DNA of 64,000 bases from Vezdaea acicularis (lineage: Eukaryota), in the NCBI GenBank assembly GCA_026025075.1, contig JAPEUI010000042.1:62001-126000 (forward strand). Direction: 5' to 3'. Positions within the stretch are counted from its first letter, which is position 1. Every line of letters starts with the position of its first letter. Positions 51,498 through 63,500 of this stretch are shown one piece after another. The notes under the pieces were generated by a model that was not told the origin of the DNA, did no database searches, and was given only the letters and a program-made list of their open reading frames with translations. Position numbers and translations under genes: made by a program.

Positions 51498-51953
51498 CAG
51501 TGAAGCCTCGACATAAGGATGGCCTCGGGACCGGCCAACCCATCCTTACAGCAGAGGTATTCCTATATCCAGGTATCACGTGAAGAAAATCAAGGTCATG
51601 TGCAGAGAATTAATCCAGTGAATATCTAGCACTACAATAGAATGCATGATGTGTAGAATAATTGCATCTTACAGCCTTATTTAGATTGCATGTGATCAGA
51701 ACAATACAGTATTTCAGCAATATGCTGGCTGTCTTGAGTGAAATATGTTATTTGATATCTGCTATCTGACTGGTCTATAACAGCTGTAAGGATATTTTGA
51801 TGTAAAATTTAAGTGTGGGGACCAAAGAAATTAAAAATATCCTTAAGGTGAAATAAATCCTTAATTACCACCAAAAAGTATTGGGACCAATGAACTCATC
51901 CTTACTGGTTGGGTATTCTTGTATTGAATCATTCTTATGTCAAGGTTTCACCG
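51498..51953. mobile_element. Non-autonomous Tc1/mariner (pogo-like) element / MITE, 456 bp
   Basis: Left end TA|CAGTGAAGCCTCGACATAAGGAT versus reverse complement of the right end TA|CGGTGAAACCTTGACATAAGAAT. TA flanks both ends; no ORF. Confidence 0.85.
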
Positions 51954-52731
51954 TAATAGCAATCACTTTCATCTTACCTGCAGTGCCTTCAGGGCTTCAC
52001 TACCTGTATGTTTGTTTCGTGACAACAAATGAATAAAATGTATTTTAATTTGCAAAAATGAACTCTATAGTTTTTTTACCACCTAACCTAACAATCTAGA
52101 GTGGAGGGTCGTAAGGATTGTACATTTGCAAAATTGTGTCTTTTATTATTATCAACTTACCTTCCCGTGATCTAGCTTGCAGAACGACTGCGTTTAACAA
52201 ATGCTAGGGATACATCATGTGATCACCGTTATATAAAAAAGCAGTGAAGCATTGTAAAATAGCTTCTTAGTATTCAATCGTATCAATCTTGAGAGATATT
52301 TATTGAATACTATCTACTATTTACTATTGCCTGCAACTTGCATGCAATACGCATGCAACCATTTAAAATGAAGCTAATCTGTTGCCAGTCTATACACACG
52401 CGCCTTACACTTATTGTCATAAATCTATCTTTCCTATAATTTAGCTTGCAGAACAATTGCGTTTAGCAAGCGTTGAGTATACATCTGTTGTGGAATAATA
52501 AGCAAGAGGCAGCGATGAGCCATAGGAGCAGGAAGCAAGTACGTAATATACCAACAGAAGCAGCCTCCTCATAGCGCCTGCCCATAAAAGCAGCGCTATA
52601 AGGCATGCGATTGCTCTGTAATAGACAGCGCTTATTGCGCTGTCCTGACTGGGCAGTTGTGACCTGCATATATAGCATATCTTTATAGATAGAAACAATG
52701 CAACTCTTTGATCATAAACTTATATCAGAAC

Positions 52732-53087
52732 TGTCAGGGCACGGGTGTCCTAACGCGTCAGGGCACTAGGCGTCCTGATATAGTATGGGGATCAAAGAGT
52801 TGTATTTCTTCTATCTAGGAGGATACGCTATATATACAAGTCGTCACGTGCCAGTCACGACTACCCGGTCAAGACAGCGCGGCAAGCGCTCTCTGTTGTA
52901 GGGCAGTTGCATACCGCATAGCGCTGCCCCTATAGGCAGGCGCTATACAAAGGCTGTTTATATTAGTATTGCTGCGTAGTTACTTCCTATCCCTGTATCC
53001 TGTCGCTACCCCCCTGCTCCCATATGCAGGTGTCCCACAAGAAGAACGCTTTGTCCTTAAAGTGTCTGGACATCTCGTGCCCTGACA
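52732..53087. mobile_element. Solo-LTR-like element, distant relative of LTR family B in reverse orientation
   Basis: Ends TGTCAGGGCAC...GTGCCCTGACA. The start resembles the reverse complement of the 54128/59567 LTR. No matching TSD found. Confidence 0.6.
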
Positions 53088-53105
53088 ATATTTTATGATC
53101 ATTAT

Positions 53106-53565
53106 TGTAAGAATGGACACAAGCTCTGCTCCTTTTCTGAAAGCATGGCAGGCATATAACGTCTGTGTCCTGCTTTTGGCAAGGAAACATACGCTCAACA
53201 AGGTATACACAAGCTACAATAGCTAGATATAATGATATGCGGCGGATATAATGATAATTGTTTAATTAAATAAGGCGATATAGAGATAATAGGGTCATAT
53301 AAATATAATAATAATTGCCCAGTTAAATGAGGCAATATAGAGACAATAGGAACATAAAAATATAATGAAATCTTTTAGGATCTAGCTATAGCATATGGTA
53401 GGAAATTATTTGATGACAAGCCATCAGAGTGGCATCATTGAGCATATATAGATAAGGAGTTTGATCAGCGTTGTCTCTAGACTAGACTATAAGCAGCAAT
53501 CATCTTATTTAATCCACCATAGCTCTGCTAGCAAGCCATCAAAAAAATCACTACAGCGTCTTACA
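53106..53565. mobile_element. Solo LTR (family D), 460 bp
   Basis: TGTAAG...CTTACA termini with a perfect 5-bp TSD ATTAT. Degenerate inverted copies at ~55820-56194 and 56543-56956. Confidence 0.8.
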
Positions 53566-53618
53566 ATTATCATATACGTATAAGAATAAGCACAATAGAT
53601 GCCTTTAAAGCTGAAAAT

Positions 53619-53996
53619 TGTAAGGACAAGCATGATAGCTGCCCTTGATTTTGAGAGCGTGGTAGGCCAGCGCCGTCTGCGGTCCGCCTACAGTGTTGCC
53701 GTGTGTTTAATAGGCTATAGAGGTAGGTGGGCCGCCAGCGGTAGCTAGCGGTGTCACAAGGCTATATAAATATAGCGATATAGCAATATAATGAATAGGC
53801 TGCGATTACATAAATAGATTCCAAGAACTAGCTATGAGTCAAGACTATTTAATGCCGCATCCCTAGCGGAATTGACTTGATATATATATAAAAGGCGCGC
53901 TGACTAAACGCCTCCTGAGCGCCACCGGCGTCCAAATAAGAACAGCTGTCTAGGGCACGCCGGCGCGCCCTAGGCGGATGCCATCGCGTTTTTATA
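53619..53996. mobile_element. Solo LTR (family A), 378 bp, transition-mutated
   Basis: Colinear with 57546-57923. Flanks AAAAT/AGAAC are compatible with a 5-bp TSD after G>A and C>T changes. Confidence 0.85.
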
Positions 53997-54127
53997 AGAA
54001 CATAGTAAGATAATCCACATTTGCATCCCGCCTGCAACGTCTCTGCATGTTTAATGGGCTATAGAAATAGATGGGCCGTCAACAATAGCTAGAATATCAT
54101 TAAGCAGTGTAGGAATATAAATATAAT

Positions 54128-54471
54128 TGTTATGGGACACGAGGTAGGGGGCGTCTAGGCAGGAGAAAGCATCGCCCGGACATAGGAGCTAAAGGGTAGT
54201 GGCATCTGGACGCAAGGATAAGGAGCGATCATATGGCGTCTACTAATAGGGGCAGCGCTTGTACGTCATGCGACTGCCCTAGGACAGACAGCGCCTGCCG
54301 CAACTAGCAGCGCTGTCTTGTCCAGGCAGCCACAACCGGATATCCTTTGCCCTATATATATAGATGAATCCCCTAGCTAGATGAATGGAACAACTTCTTC
54401 ATAAACACCGTTTACTGACAGGACGCCCCGTGCCCTGACGTATTGATGCCAGGACGCCCCGTGTCCTGACA
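54128..54471. mobile_element. Solo LTR (family B), 344 bp
   Basis: TGTTATGGGACAC...GTGTCCTGACA with a perfect TSD ATAAT. Near-identical to 59567-59908. Confidence 0.9.
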
Positions 54472-56542
54472 ATAATGATATAACAGATGATCTGCAGTTA
54501 TGTGGATGGATTCTAATAACTAGCTACAAGCCAAAATTATTTGATGTCAAAGTTTCTAACGGGCTTGATTTAGTATATATGTCAGTAATACGCTGAATAA
54601 ACGTCTTTTACGCGCCGTAGGTGCGTAAACAAAAACAGTCCTCTAAAACGTGCTAGCATTTGTCATTGTGTTCTTACATTATTTAAGTTAATTCTTAAAG
54701 ATTTATATCTATTTTTGTTATAAGACAAAAGTTAATATTTATCTAAGCCATTATATAATGACTGTACTAGCTCCTAGCTTCTATCCAGACTTTTGGGATA
54801 AATAAAGGGTAAAAGAACTAGCTTTGCTTCAGCTTTGCTTCTATTTTGCCTAGCTTCCTAGCACCTAACATAAAACCAAGTAGTTTTTATATCACTTGAC
54901 CTAGACGAGCGTAGCTATTAGAGCTACCACGTTCTTTAAGATAGCTCTTCAGTAATCAACTCATCTATTCATCTGAATAACTAGTAGAAAGGCATCCTCG
55001 CTCTACTTTGTCTAATTTTTGCCTTGTCTCATCTTGCCTCCTTGCCTTGCCCTAGCTACTATCACTGCAATTAATTTTTGCCAGCAAGTCTTTGAGCCCT
55101 TGAGAATTAGCCCATACGCCTACAGACTCTCGCCTCCTGATGAAACACTGGCCTGTCCTTACACATTAACCCTTGAATTAAACTAATTAATGTTTTAATC
55201 TGTTAAATAGTAGATAGATAAAAAAAATTTAACATTTATTTATTTTATTTATATATATGTGCAAAAAACTTTATAAAACAACATCAATACTCTTTATAAA
55301 TGTTTTTTTTTCCAAAATTTGACATGCATTCACTTATTTTCTGAAGTTTTTTGTAGAAAGCCACCAAAACTTTTGCTTAAGCTTATTGATGAAATTATGA
55401 CCGCTAAATAAGATAAACCTTTGCTTAGAACATAGCTTAAGAAGAGTAATGATCAGCCTCTTTTAAATATATTGCTAATGGCGCTACATTATGGATTTGT
55501 AATTAAATAGTTTTTTACACCCTGGCAGTATATATGATATCTCCTAACTCATATCATTATATTTATTTAAGATTATTATACTTATTATATTGTAAAAACA
55601 GAAGCGGCATATGTTTAGAGCGCGCTAACGCGTCTTAAACAGCTATTTTTGCTTGAAAACCAGCAGTTCTTAGGAAATGCTTAGTTAACACACCTTAGAT
55701 ATATATATTGAGTTAATTCCGCTAGGAATTTGGCATTGAATAGTTTTAACTTATATTTAATTATTAGAATTTACCTGTTAAACGTTGTTATAACTTTCTC
55801 AAAAGCTTACCGGCGGAGCTATGGCAAACTGAGCAAAATAAACGCCGCTTAAAGTTTAGCTTAAAGGAAGCGACTATTAAACCTTTTATCTATATATGTC
55901 CAATAGTGTTACCCCAATAGCTCATCATCAAGTAGTTTTATTTTTATATTATAGCTAGATTTTACAGAATTTTATAATAATTCTATTATATCCATATGAG
56001 CTCATTGTTTTCATATTACCCTATTCAATTGGGCAACTATTATTATATCCGCCGCATATCATTATATCCAGCTATTATAGCTTCATAGTCCGCGTACATT
56101 TTTCTAAATATATGCCTTCTTGCTGTAAACAGAACGCAGGTGTCATACATCTGCTACGCTCTTAATAAGGGCAGAATTTGTGTTTATCCTTACATTACCT
56201 ACATAATTGCAGATCATCTATTATATAGCTATAAATTATATTTTTATACTGCTCAATGATATTGTTAGCTATTGTTTGCGACTTATTGACTCTAATAATT
56301 CATTTAACATGCAATGACATTGCAAGCAGGATGCAAACAATAATTGACCTATCACGCTCTCAGAATCAAAAGCAGCTATTGTGTTCATTCTTATAATTCT
56401 GTTTAATTTACCCTTAAAAAGAAAGCCTGATAGCCGTTGGCAGACATTAAATAAAAATACGCAGAGGTATAGAAATATCAAAATTATCTTTTACAACAAA
56501 AATAATTAATAAAAATAATAGCATCATGAAAAACAAGCTAAT

Positions 56543-56956
56543 TATAAGACACTGCTGTGACTTTTTTGGTGGCCTGTCAGCGGAGTTATAACAGACTAAA
56601 CAAGATAAATGTTGCCTAAAACCTAGCTCAAAAGAAACAATAATCAAGCCTTTTACCTATATATGCCGATAACGCTATTCCAATAGCTTGTTATCAATTA
56701 GTCTTCTATCATATGCTATAGTTTGATTCTACAAAACTTCATAGCAATTCTATTATATCTACATGAGCTCATTGTCTTTATATTATCCTATTTAATTAAG
56801 CAATTATCATTATATCCGCGGCATATTATTATATCTAGCTACCATAACCTCATAGCTTGCATACGCCTTGCTGAGCATATACTTTTTTGCCGCAAGCAGA
56901 ACGCAGGCGTTGTACATCTGCCACGCTTTTAGAAAAAGAGCAGAACTTGTGCTTGT
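56543..56956. mobile_element. Degenerate family D LTR (inverted relative to 53106-53565), truncated by a further insertion
   Basis: Starts TATAAGACACTGCTGTGACTTTTTTGG, matching the reverse complement of the 53565 end, and shares the TATATCCGC.GCATAT.ATTATATC.AGCT block. Confidence 0.65.
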
Positions 56957-57001
56957 TGTAGAACAACGGGATAAGAGCAGGGAGTAGCAACAGGCTATAG
57001 A

Positions 57002-57379
57002 TGTAAGAACGCGGTGGCATCCGCCTAAGGCGCGTTGGCGTACCTTAGACGGCTGTTCTTGCTTAGATGCCGGTAGCGCTCAGGGGGTGCTTAGTTAACG
57101 CGCCCCTTATATATATATCGAGTTGGTCCCGCTAGGGATGCGGCATCAAATAGTCTTGACTCATAGTTAGTTCTTAGAATCTATTTATATAACCGTAGCC
57201 TATTCGTTATATCGTTATATCGCTATATCTATATAGCCCTGTAACACCGCTAGCTACCGCCGGTGGCCCGCCTATTCCTATAGCCTATTAAACACACAGT
57301 GACACCGCAGGCGGACCGCAGACAGCGCTGGTCTACTACGCTCGCAGAATTAGAGGCAGTTATTATGCTTGTTCCTACA
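57002..57379 (+). mobile_element. Solo LTR (family A), inverted relative to the adjacent 3' LTR
   Basis: TGTAAGAACGCG...GTTCCTACA, 378 bp, perfect TSD ATAGA. Diverged reverse complement of 57546-57923. Confidence 0.9.
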
Positions 57380-57545
57380 ATAGAGGCAAGGAACAGATAC
57401 GTTATATACTAACAGAAGCAGTCTCCTTATAGTGCTTGCCTATAAGAGCAACGTTATGAGATATGCGACTGCCTTGCAACAGATAACGCTTACCGCATTG
57501 TGTTGACCAGGCAATTGTGATCAAGCACATGATGACCTATATATA

Positions 57546-57923
57546 TGTAAGGACGGGCACGATAGCTGCCCCTGATTCTGAGAGCGTGGTAGGCCGGCGC
57601 CGTCTGCGGCCCGCCTGCGATGTCACTGCGTATTTAATAGGCTATGGGGGTAGGCGGGCCACCGGCGATAGCTAGCAATGTCACAGGGCTATATAGATAT
57701 AGCGGTATAGTGATATAATGAATAGATTGCGGTTATATGAATCAATTCCGAGAACTAGCTATAGATCAAGACTATTCGATGCCGCGTCCCTAGCGGACCC
57801 GACTCGATATATATATAAGGGGCGCGCTGACTAAGCGTCCTCTGAGCGCCGCCGGCGTCTAAGCAAGAGCAGCCGTCTAGGGCGCGCCGGCGCGCTCTAG
57901 GCGGATGCCGTCGCGTTCTTACA
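57546..57923 (-). repeat. 3' LTR (family A) of the chromovirus
   Basis: TG...CA ends with TGTAAG/CTTACA inverted termini, preceded by the PPT. Internal (AT)5 TATA-like tract at 57807-57816. Confidence 0.92.
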
Positions 57924-58449
57924 ACTGCCTCCCCCCATACGAAGGCTCGTCCTCGAGCCTTGTTCCGACGTCTTGCCCTTACCCTAAGCTAGGGTCCTTC
58001 TAGGAGACATTTCTCCGTCGTCGGCTCGTCGTCCGCGGCGCTCCACTCTCCTAATTGCAGCGACGAAGTGAGGTGAGATATAGAAGTGAGGTGAGGCGAC
58101 GTAGTGAGGTGAGTTGAGTGGCTATCCCTAGCTGATCTCACTGGACAAGGAGTTCTTCTCCTTCTAGTTATCGTTAGCTTACTCTTAGGAATAGATTCAT
58201 ACGCCGTAGGCGTCCTCGTTGGCCTGCGCCGTCTCTATAAGGCAAGATTCTTCCGCCTATTCAAACCATCCTTCCTACATATACGCTCCCCCACGTCTAC
58301 GACGTCCTTCTTCTTGCCTTTGGCCCCGTCCCTTGCCCCCCGCGTCTAGTATACGTGTATCTAATACACGTATACCGTCTTCTTCTCTCCTCTCGGCGTG
58401 GCAAGAGCTCGCTCTTGTCACTTCTCTTCTTCTCGCCGGCCTAGCAGCC

Positions 58450-60230
58450 ATGCCTGCGGACCATAACGTCTCTCGCCCCGCTGACGCTCAGCCGGCGCAT
58501 CCCTATCGGCCTTTAAAGGAGACTGCGAAGATACTGGACCAGGCTGCCTCTCTTGGTGCCGTCGAGGGAGGCAAGAAGCCCTCAAAGAAACGGGCTCCGT
58601 CGTCTGCGGCCGCCCCCTGGGCTCGTTCGAGCAACCATCCGTCTCTTCGCGTCTCCGCTGAGCCTTCTTCTCGTGGTCCTTCTCTTTCGGCTGGTCAAGA
58701 CACCGTGGTTCCCCCTGTCGTCGCTGCCTCTCCGTCGGCGGCTCTTGATCCTCCTACTCCCTCTGGTTTTGTTGTCCCGGCGTCCCCTGAGCTTGGCTTG
58801 AACTCTTTCGTGGACAGCGTAATGGATGAGCTGTATCCCGCCGACGAACAGTTGACGACTCTTGCTGCCCTGTCTCCCTCTGGTCCGTCTGCGTCTCTCC
58901 CTCAAGGGCAGACCAATGGCGATGATCTTGTCTCTACGGTTCAGCCTGGCTACTTCGACCCATCCTCGGATCTCTTGCGGCCTTGTTGTAAGCGCTGTGC
59001 GAAGCACTACTACGACGATCTGACTCAGATCTGCGCTCCGCCGGTGGGTTCTAGGTCTCGCTCCTGTACTCGCTGTGTGAATGGTCATAGACAATGCGAA
59101 GAGGTAAGATTCTATCTTCTTCTCCCCCAGAGTCCCGCTGACGGTCCTAGGTTCCCGACTTTCTTGTGCCCTGGCTGCGAGACATCCAGGTCCACGTCGA
59201 TACTATGAAGAAGGATCACAGCGTGGCAGAGAGGCTCTTAGGCTGTCTCATGAATCGTTTTGAGAAGGCCTTGCTTGAATATGAAATATTCAACAAGAGA
59301 AATCCCCTGGATCAATGTGTTGGGCTCCTTCGCGACATCCGGGACTTCGCCGCTCAAAGTCTTGCCTTGAAGCGGAAGAAGGTGAGTGCTCCCCCCCTTT
59401 GACCCGCTAAGTCTGCGCTGACGTCTCTTTCTTCTCGTATAGTTGGGCCTTGTGCCTTATCTGACGCCCCGTGAGCGGGCCATACGCCGTCACCTTACCA
59501 ACCTGACTTTGACTATTATCCCCCAGTTCCATGACATGAAGGGTGTCCTTCATGTAGGTCGCGCCCTGTTATGGGACACAAGGTAGGGGGCGTCTGGGCA
59601 GGAGGAAGCATCGCCCGGACATAGGGGCTAAAGGGTAGTGGCATCTGGACGCAAGGATAAGGAGCGATTGTATGGCGTCTACTAATAGGGGCAGCGCTTG
59701 TACGTCATGCGACTGCCCTAGGACGGACAGCGCCTGCCGCGACTAGCAGTGCTGTCTTGTCCAGGCAGTCATGACCGGATGCCCTTTGCCCTATATATAG
59801 ATGAATCCCCTAGCTAGATAAATAGAACAACTTCTTCATAAACACCGTTTACTGACAGGACGCCCCGTGCCCTGACGTATCGATGCCAGGACGCCCCGTG
59901 TCCTGACATGCCCCCCCTCGCAAGAAGAAGACTGTCGTCCGCGGCAAATGCTTGGAGCTTCCGGATGCCGAAGAAGATGATGGGCCCGCTGTCGCTCCTC
60001 CTGCGGTCAAGCGTCGCGCAAAAAAGGGTTCGGCGGTGCGTCCCGACACCTTCAGTCGCAAGACAGGTTCCGACATTCCCCATGCCCAGCTCCGGAAAGG
60101 TAAGGGTAAGGGTAAGGGTAAGGCCCCGCCAGCGCCACGCCGCCGTGCTGCCAGTCCCGCCTCTCCCGAGGTCAGCCATGGTTCCGCCGATGAGGATGAG
60201 GACAAGGCTGGGTGGGGGGATAAGGATTAG
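58450..60230 (+). pseudogene. Antisense, intron-containing accessory gene inside the retrotransposon (Zn2Cys6-like protein), disrupted by a solo LTR
   Basis: Exons 58450-59103, 59151-59381 and 59443-59566 + 59914-60230. Introns GTAAGA..GCTGAC..TAG and GTGAGT..GCTGAC..TAG. Reconstructs to 441 aa without stops. Confidence 0.78.
59567..59908. mobile_element. Solo LTR (family B), 342 bp, nested in the accessory gene
   Basis: Matches 54128-54471. TSD CGCCC/TGCCC with one C>T change. Confidence 0.9.
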
Positions 60231-60529
60231 GGGTTCGTGGAAGAGTCGCCCGCGGGTAGGTGGTGGGGGTTATAAATTGACACGGATCGACTTGATCGGG
60301 GGTGTGCTGGATGGATAGCGTTGCTGCTTTGGAGCTTTAGCTCATTCTCAAAAACATTGTTTTCTTCTGCTCTTCGGAGCTTTAGCTCCGCCTTAATACG
60401 ATTGCCTTTCCTCCTGCTCTTCTTTGTCTTGTCGCCAGTGACGTGTCGATGTCTTGCCTGAAGCTTCTTTGGGCTTGTTGTTGTCCCCTCTTCTTGGGGG
60501 ATCCCCGCCGTCGTACCTCCTGCGGTGTG

Positions 60530-63500
60530 TCACCGTTGACGTTGTCTTCTCCTCTCCCTTTCATACGCCTCTAACGCCTCCTTCGCGTTATCCAGGTTGG
60601 CTTTAGGCTCCCACGTGTCTTCCGCCGGTGGGTAGCCTTCCCATCGTACTAGGTATTGCTTATCCCTACCGGATCCTCGCTCAGCGAGGATCTTCTCTAC
60701 AACCCATTCTTCTTCCCCTTCCACTAGCTGGGCTGGCTGTCCCTGCGGTGCTCTGGCGGAGCCCTGGTAGGGCTCTAGGCAGGAGACGTGAAACACCGGG
60801 TGGATAGCCTTGTATGATGTTGGCAGCTTCAGTCGGTAGGCTTGCTTGCCTATGATTGCTTCTACCTCGAACGGCCCTAGCCAGCGGTGGTCCAGCTTCT
60901 TGTTGGGACGTCTTGTCTTTATGTTTCGTGCCAATGGTAGGACGAGTTGTCCTATAGAGAACTCTTGTGGCTTATGGCGAGCGTTGTAGTAGGTCGCCTG
61001 CGCCTCTTTGGCGGCCTTCCATTGGGCCGCCATCTCCCCCCTGATCTCTATGAGCCTCTCAATTCTCTCGCGTGCTGCCGGCGCCTCCCCCTTAGGGGCA
61101 TCGTCCTCGATGTCCTGTGGTGCCAGTGGTAGGTATCCCATCAGGGCCTTGAACGGCGTCTCGCCCGTGGCTGAGTGCTTACTTCTATGTAGGCAAACTC
61201 TGCTGTGGCTAGAAGCGATACCCAGTCATCCTGGTGGTAGTTGGCGTAACATTGCAAGTATTGCTCCAGCGTCTGGTTCTGTCTTTCCGTCTGGCCATCT
61301 GTCTGCGGATGGAATGCGGTGCTCAGCCGTCGTTTTACCTTCAGGTGGTAGTATAGGGTAGACCAGTATTGGCTGGTGAAGATGCTCCCTCTGTCCGTGA
61401 CGATTGACGCAGGTGTGCCGTAGGTTCTGATTACCTTTTCAAAGATAATGTCAGCAAGGCCTATCGCGTCAAGAGTCTTACAGATAGGGATATATTTAGC
61501 CATCTTTGTATAGCGATCGACTATCACAAGGATAGCGTCGTAAGCCCTTGGTCCCCCTTCGCCATCCGCTGCTTTGCCTGCGGGGGCTAGGCTGGGGGGC
61601 AGTCCCGTGATAAGATCCATGGTGATCGATTCCCATGGCTCACTGGGTGGGGGCAACGCTTGCATCTCCCCGTAGGGCTTATGCCGTGGTGCCTTGGTTC
61701 GTTGACATATGTCACATTTGCGGACATAGTCGGCGACCTCCTTTCTGAGGGTCTGCCAATAGTATTTTCGACTAAGTAGAGCCGTTGTCCTGGCGGCTCC
61801 AAAGTGCCCCGCGTACGGGTTGTCGTGGTAGACCTTCATGATCTCTGCCTTTAGGGCTGCGTCTTTTGGTACGTATACCTTACCCTCAAATCGCAGTAGT
61901 CCCCTGTTGTCTACACGCCACTTTTCAGGGTGCGATCCGGCTACGGTTTCCTCGCCATCTCTCAAGCTCTTCTTGATGTCTGCAGTCAGGGTGTCCCTGC
62001 GCTGCGTCTGTGATATCAGCTCGAGCAGGAAGGGGCTCGGGTCCCCATATGCCGTTTCAGTCCTGGCAGCAGTCACTGCCATAAACCGTGGTACGAGATG
62101 CGTCGGCGCACCAGTAACAGCCATCCGTATTCCCGGATGGCCTATCGAGATGGAGTCCCCGTCATGGGGGCTTCCACTTCTCTCCTCTGCGTCAGGGTTG
62201 CGGCCCTTCGGCGACTGGGGTGCGGCCCAGTCCTTAGTAGTGACTGCTACCGTGAGTTCTGATTGTCTTGGGTCAATGTCCATAGGGTCCCCCCTTAGGT
62301 GTTGCCTTTCATTATCCTGCTGATCCCGCAGGTTGTTCACAACACTCTCAGCAAGAGAGATTTCAAATTGGTACGTTGTACTGTCGGTGGTAGTCCCACG
62401 TACAATGCGTACGTAGGCCTCGATACCATCCTCGGCCTCAGCCAGATAGGCTAGTTTCCTTTGTAGGGTGGGTAGCATTGACGCTCCCAATTCCTTGTCT
62501 TCTACCCCGTAGTCGGGTCTTCTGCTAGGCCCACCGGCGGGGTTGTTCTTGCCCGGCCGATATTCAATTTCAAAGTCGTAGGCGGCCAGCATCTCGGCCC
62601 ACCGGCCCTGCCGGTTGTTGAGCGACTTCGTGCTCATGAAGTATTTCAGATTGTTGTGGTCCGTCAGGACCCTGATCGTATGGAGGCTACCTTCTAAGTA
62701 GTGTCTCCAATGCTTAAATGCCTTGACTATGGCAAGGAGTTTGGCGTCGTGCGTTTCGTAGCGAGTCTCTGCGTCCTCCATCTTTTTCGACCAGAAGGCG
62801 ACTGGATGCCAGTGGCGCTGCGTGCTATCCACTGGCGTGCCGTCCGCGGGCTAGGAGAGGATTTCCGCAATGGCAAAGCCGGAGGCGTCTGTTTCTACAA
62901 GGATCCTCTTCTTGGGGTCGAAGTGTTGTAGCACAGGGGCGGTAGTAAACGCCGTCTTCAGTTCTTCGAAGGACCGCAGCCCCTGAGCCGTCATTTCAAA
63001 AGGGCCGGTCTTCCTCCCGTTCTTGCTCCCCCGCAGCATCGTCGTGAGGCCGCTCGCGACCTTCGCATAGCCCTTCACAAATCGTCTGTAGAAGTTGGCA
63101 AAGCCTAGGAAAACCTGCAGCTCCCTGAAGCTCTTAGGAACGGGCCAGCTCCGGATAGACTCGACTCGGTCCTCTTCCATAGAGACGCCCGTAGGTGATA
63201 CGACGTATCCCAGGAAGCCAACCTTAGTCGTATGGAACTCGCACTTGGACAGCTTTGCAAATAAACTATATTTGCGCAGCCTGTAGAGCACGCTGGCGAC
63301 GTCCTGGTGGTGCTGCTGGAGGTCGGTCGAATACACCAGTATATTGTCCATATAGACGACACAGCAGACGTCCAGAAGGTCCGACAGCGCCTCATTGATG
63401 TACGCTTGGAATGTCGCTGGAACATTCGCTAGGCCGAAGGGCATGACCTGGTATTCCCAGTATTCATACCGTGTGCGGAACGCCGTCTTCCACTCGTCTC

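Noticed and set aside
58219..59208. Extra retroelement ORF as an env gene
   Set aside because: It is antisense to pol, contains introns, and from ATG 58450 has no signal peptide or TM anchor. The TTG start at 58219 is less likely than that ATG.
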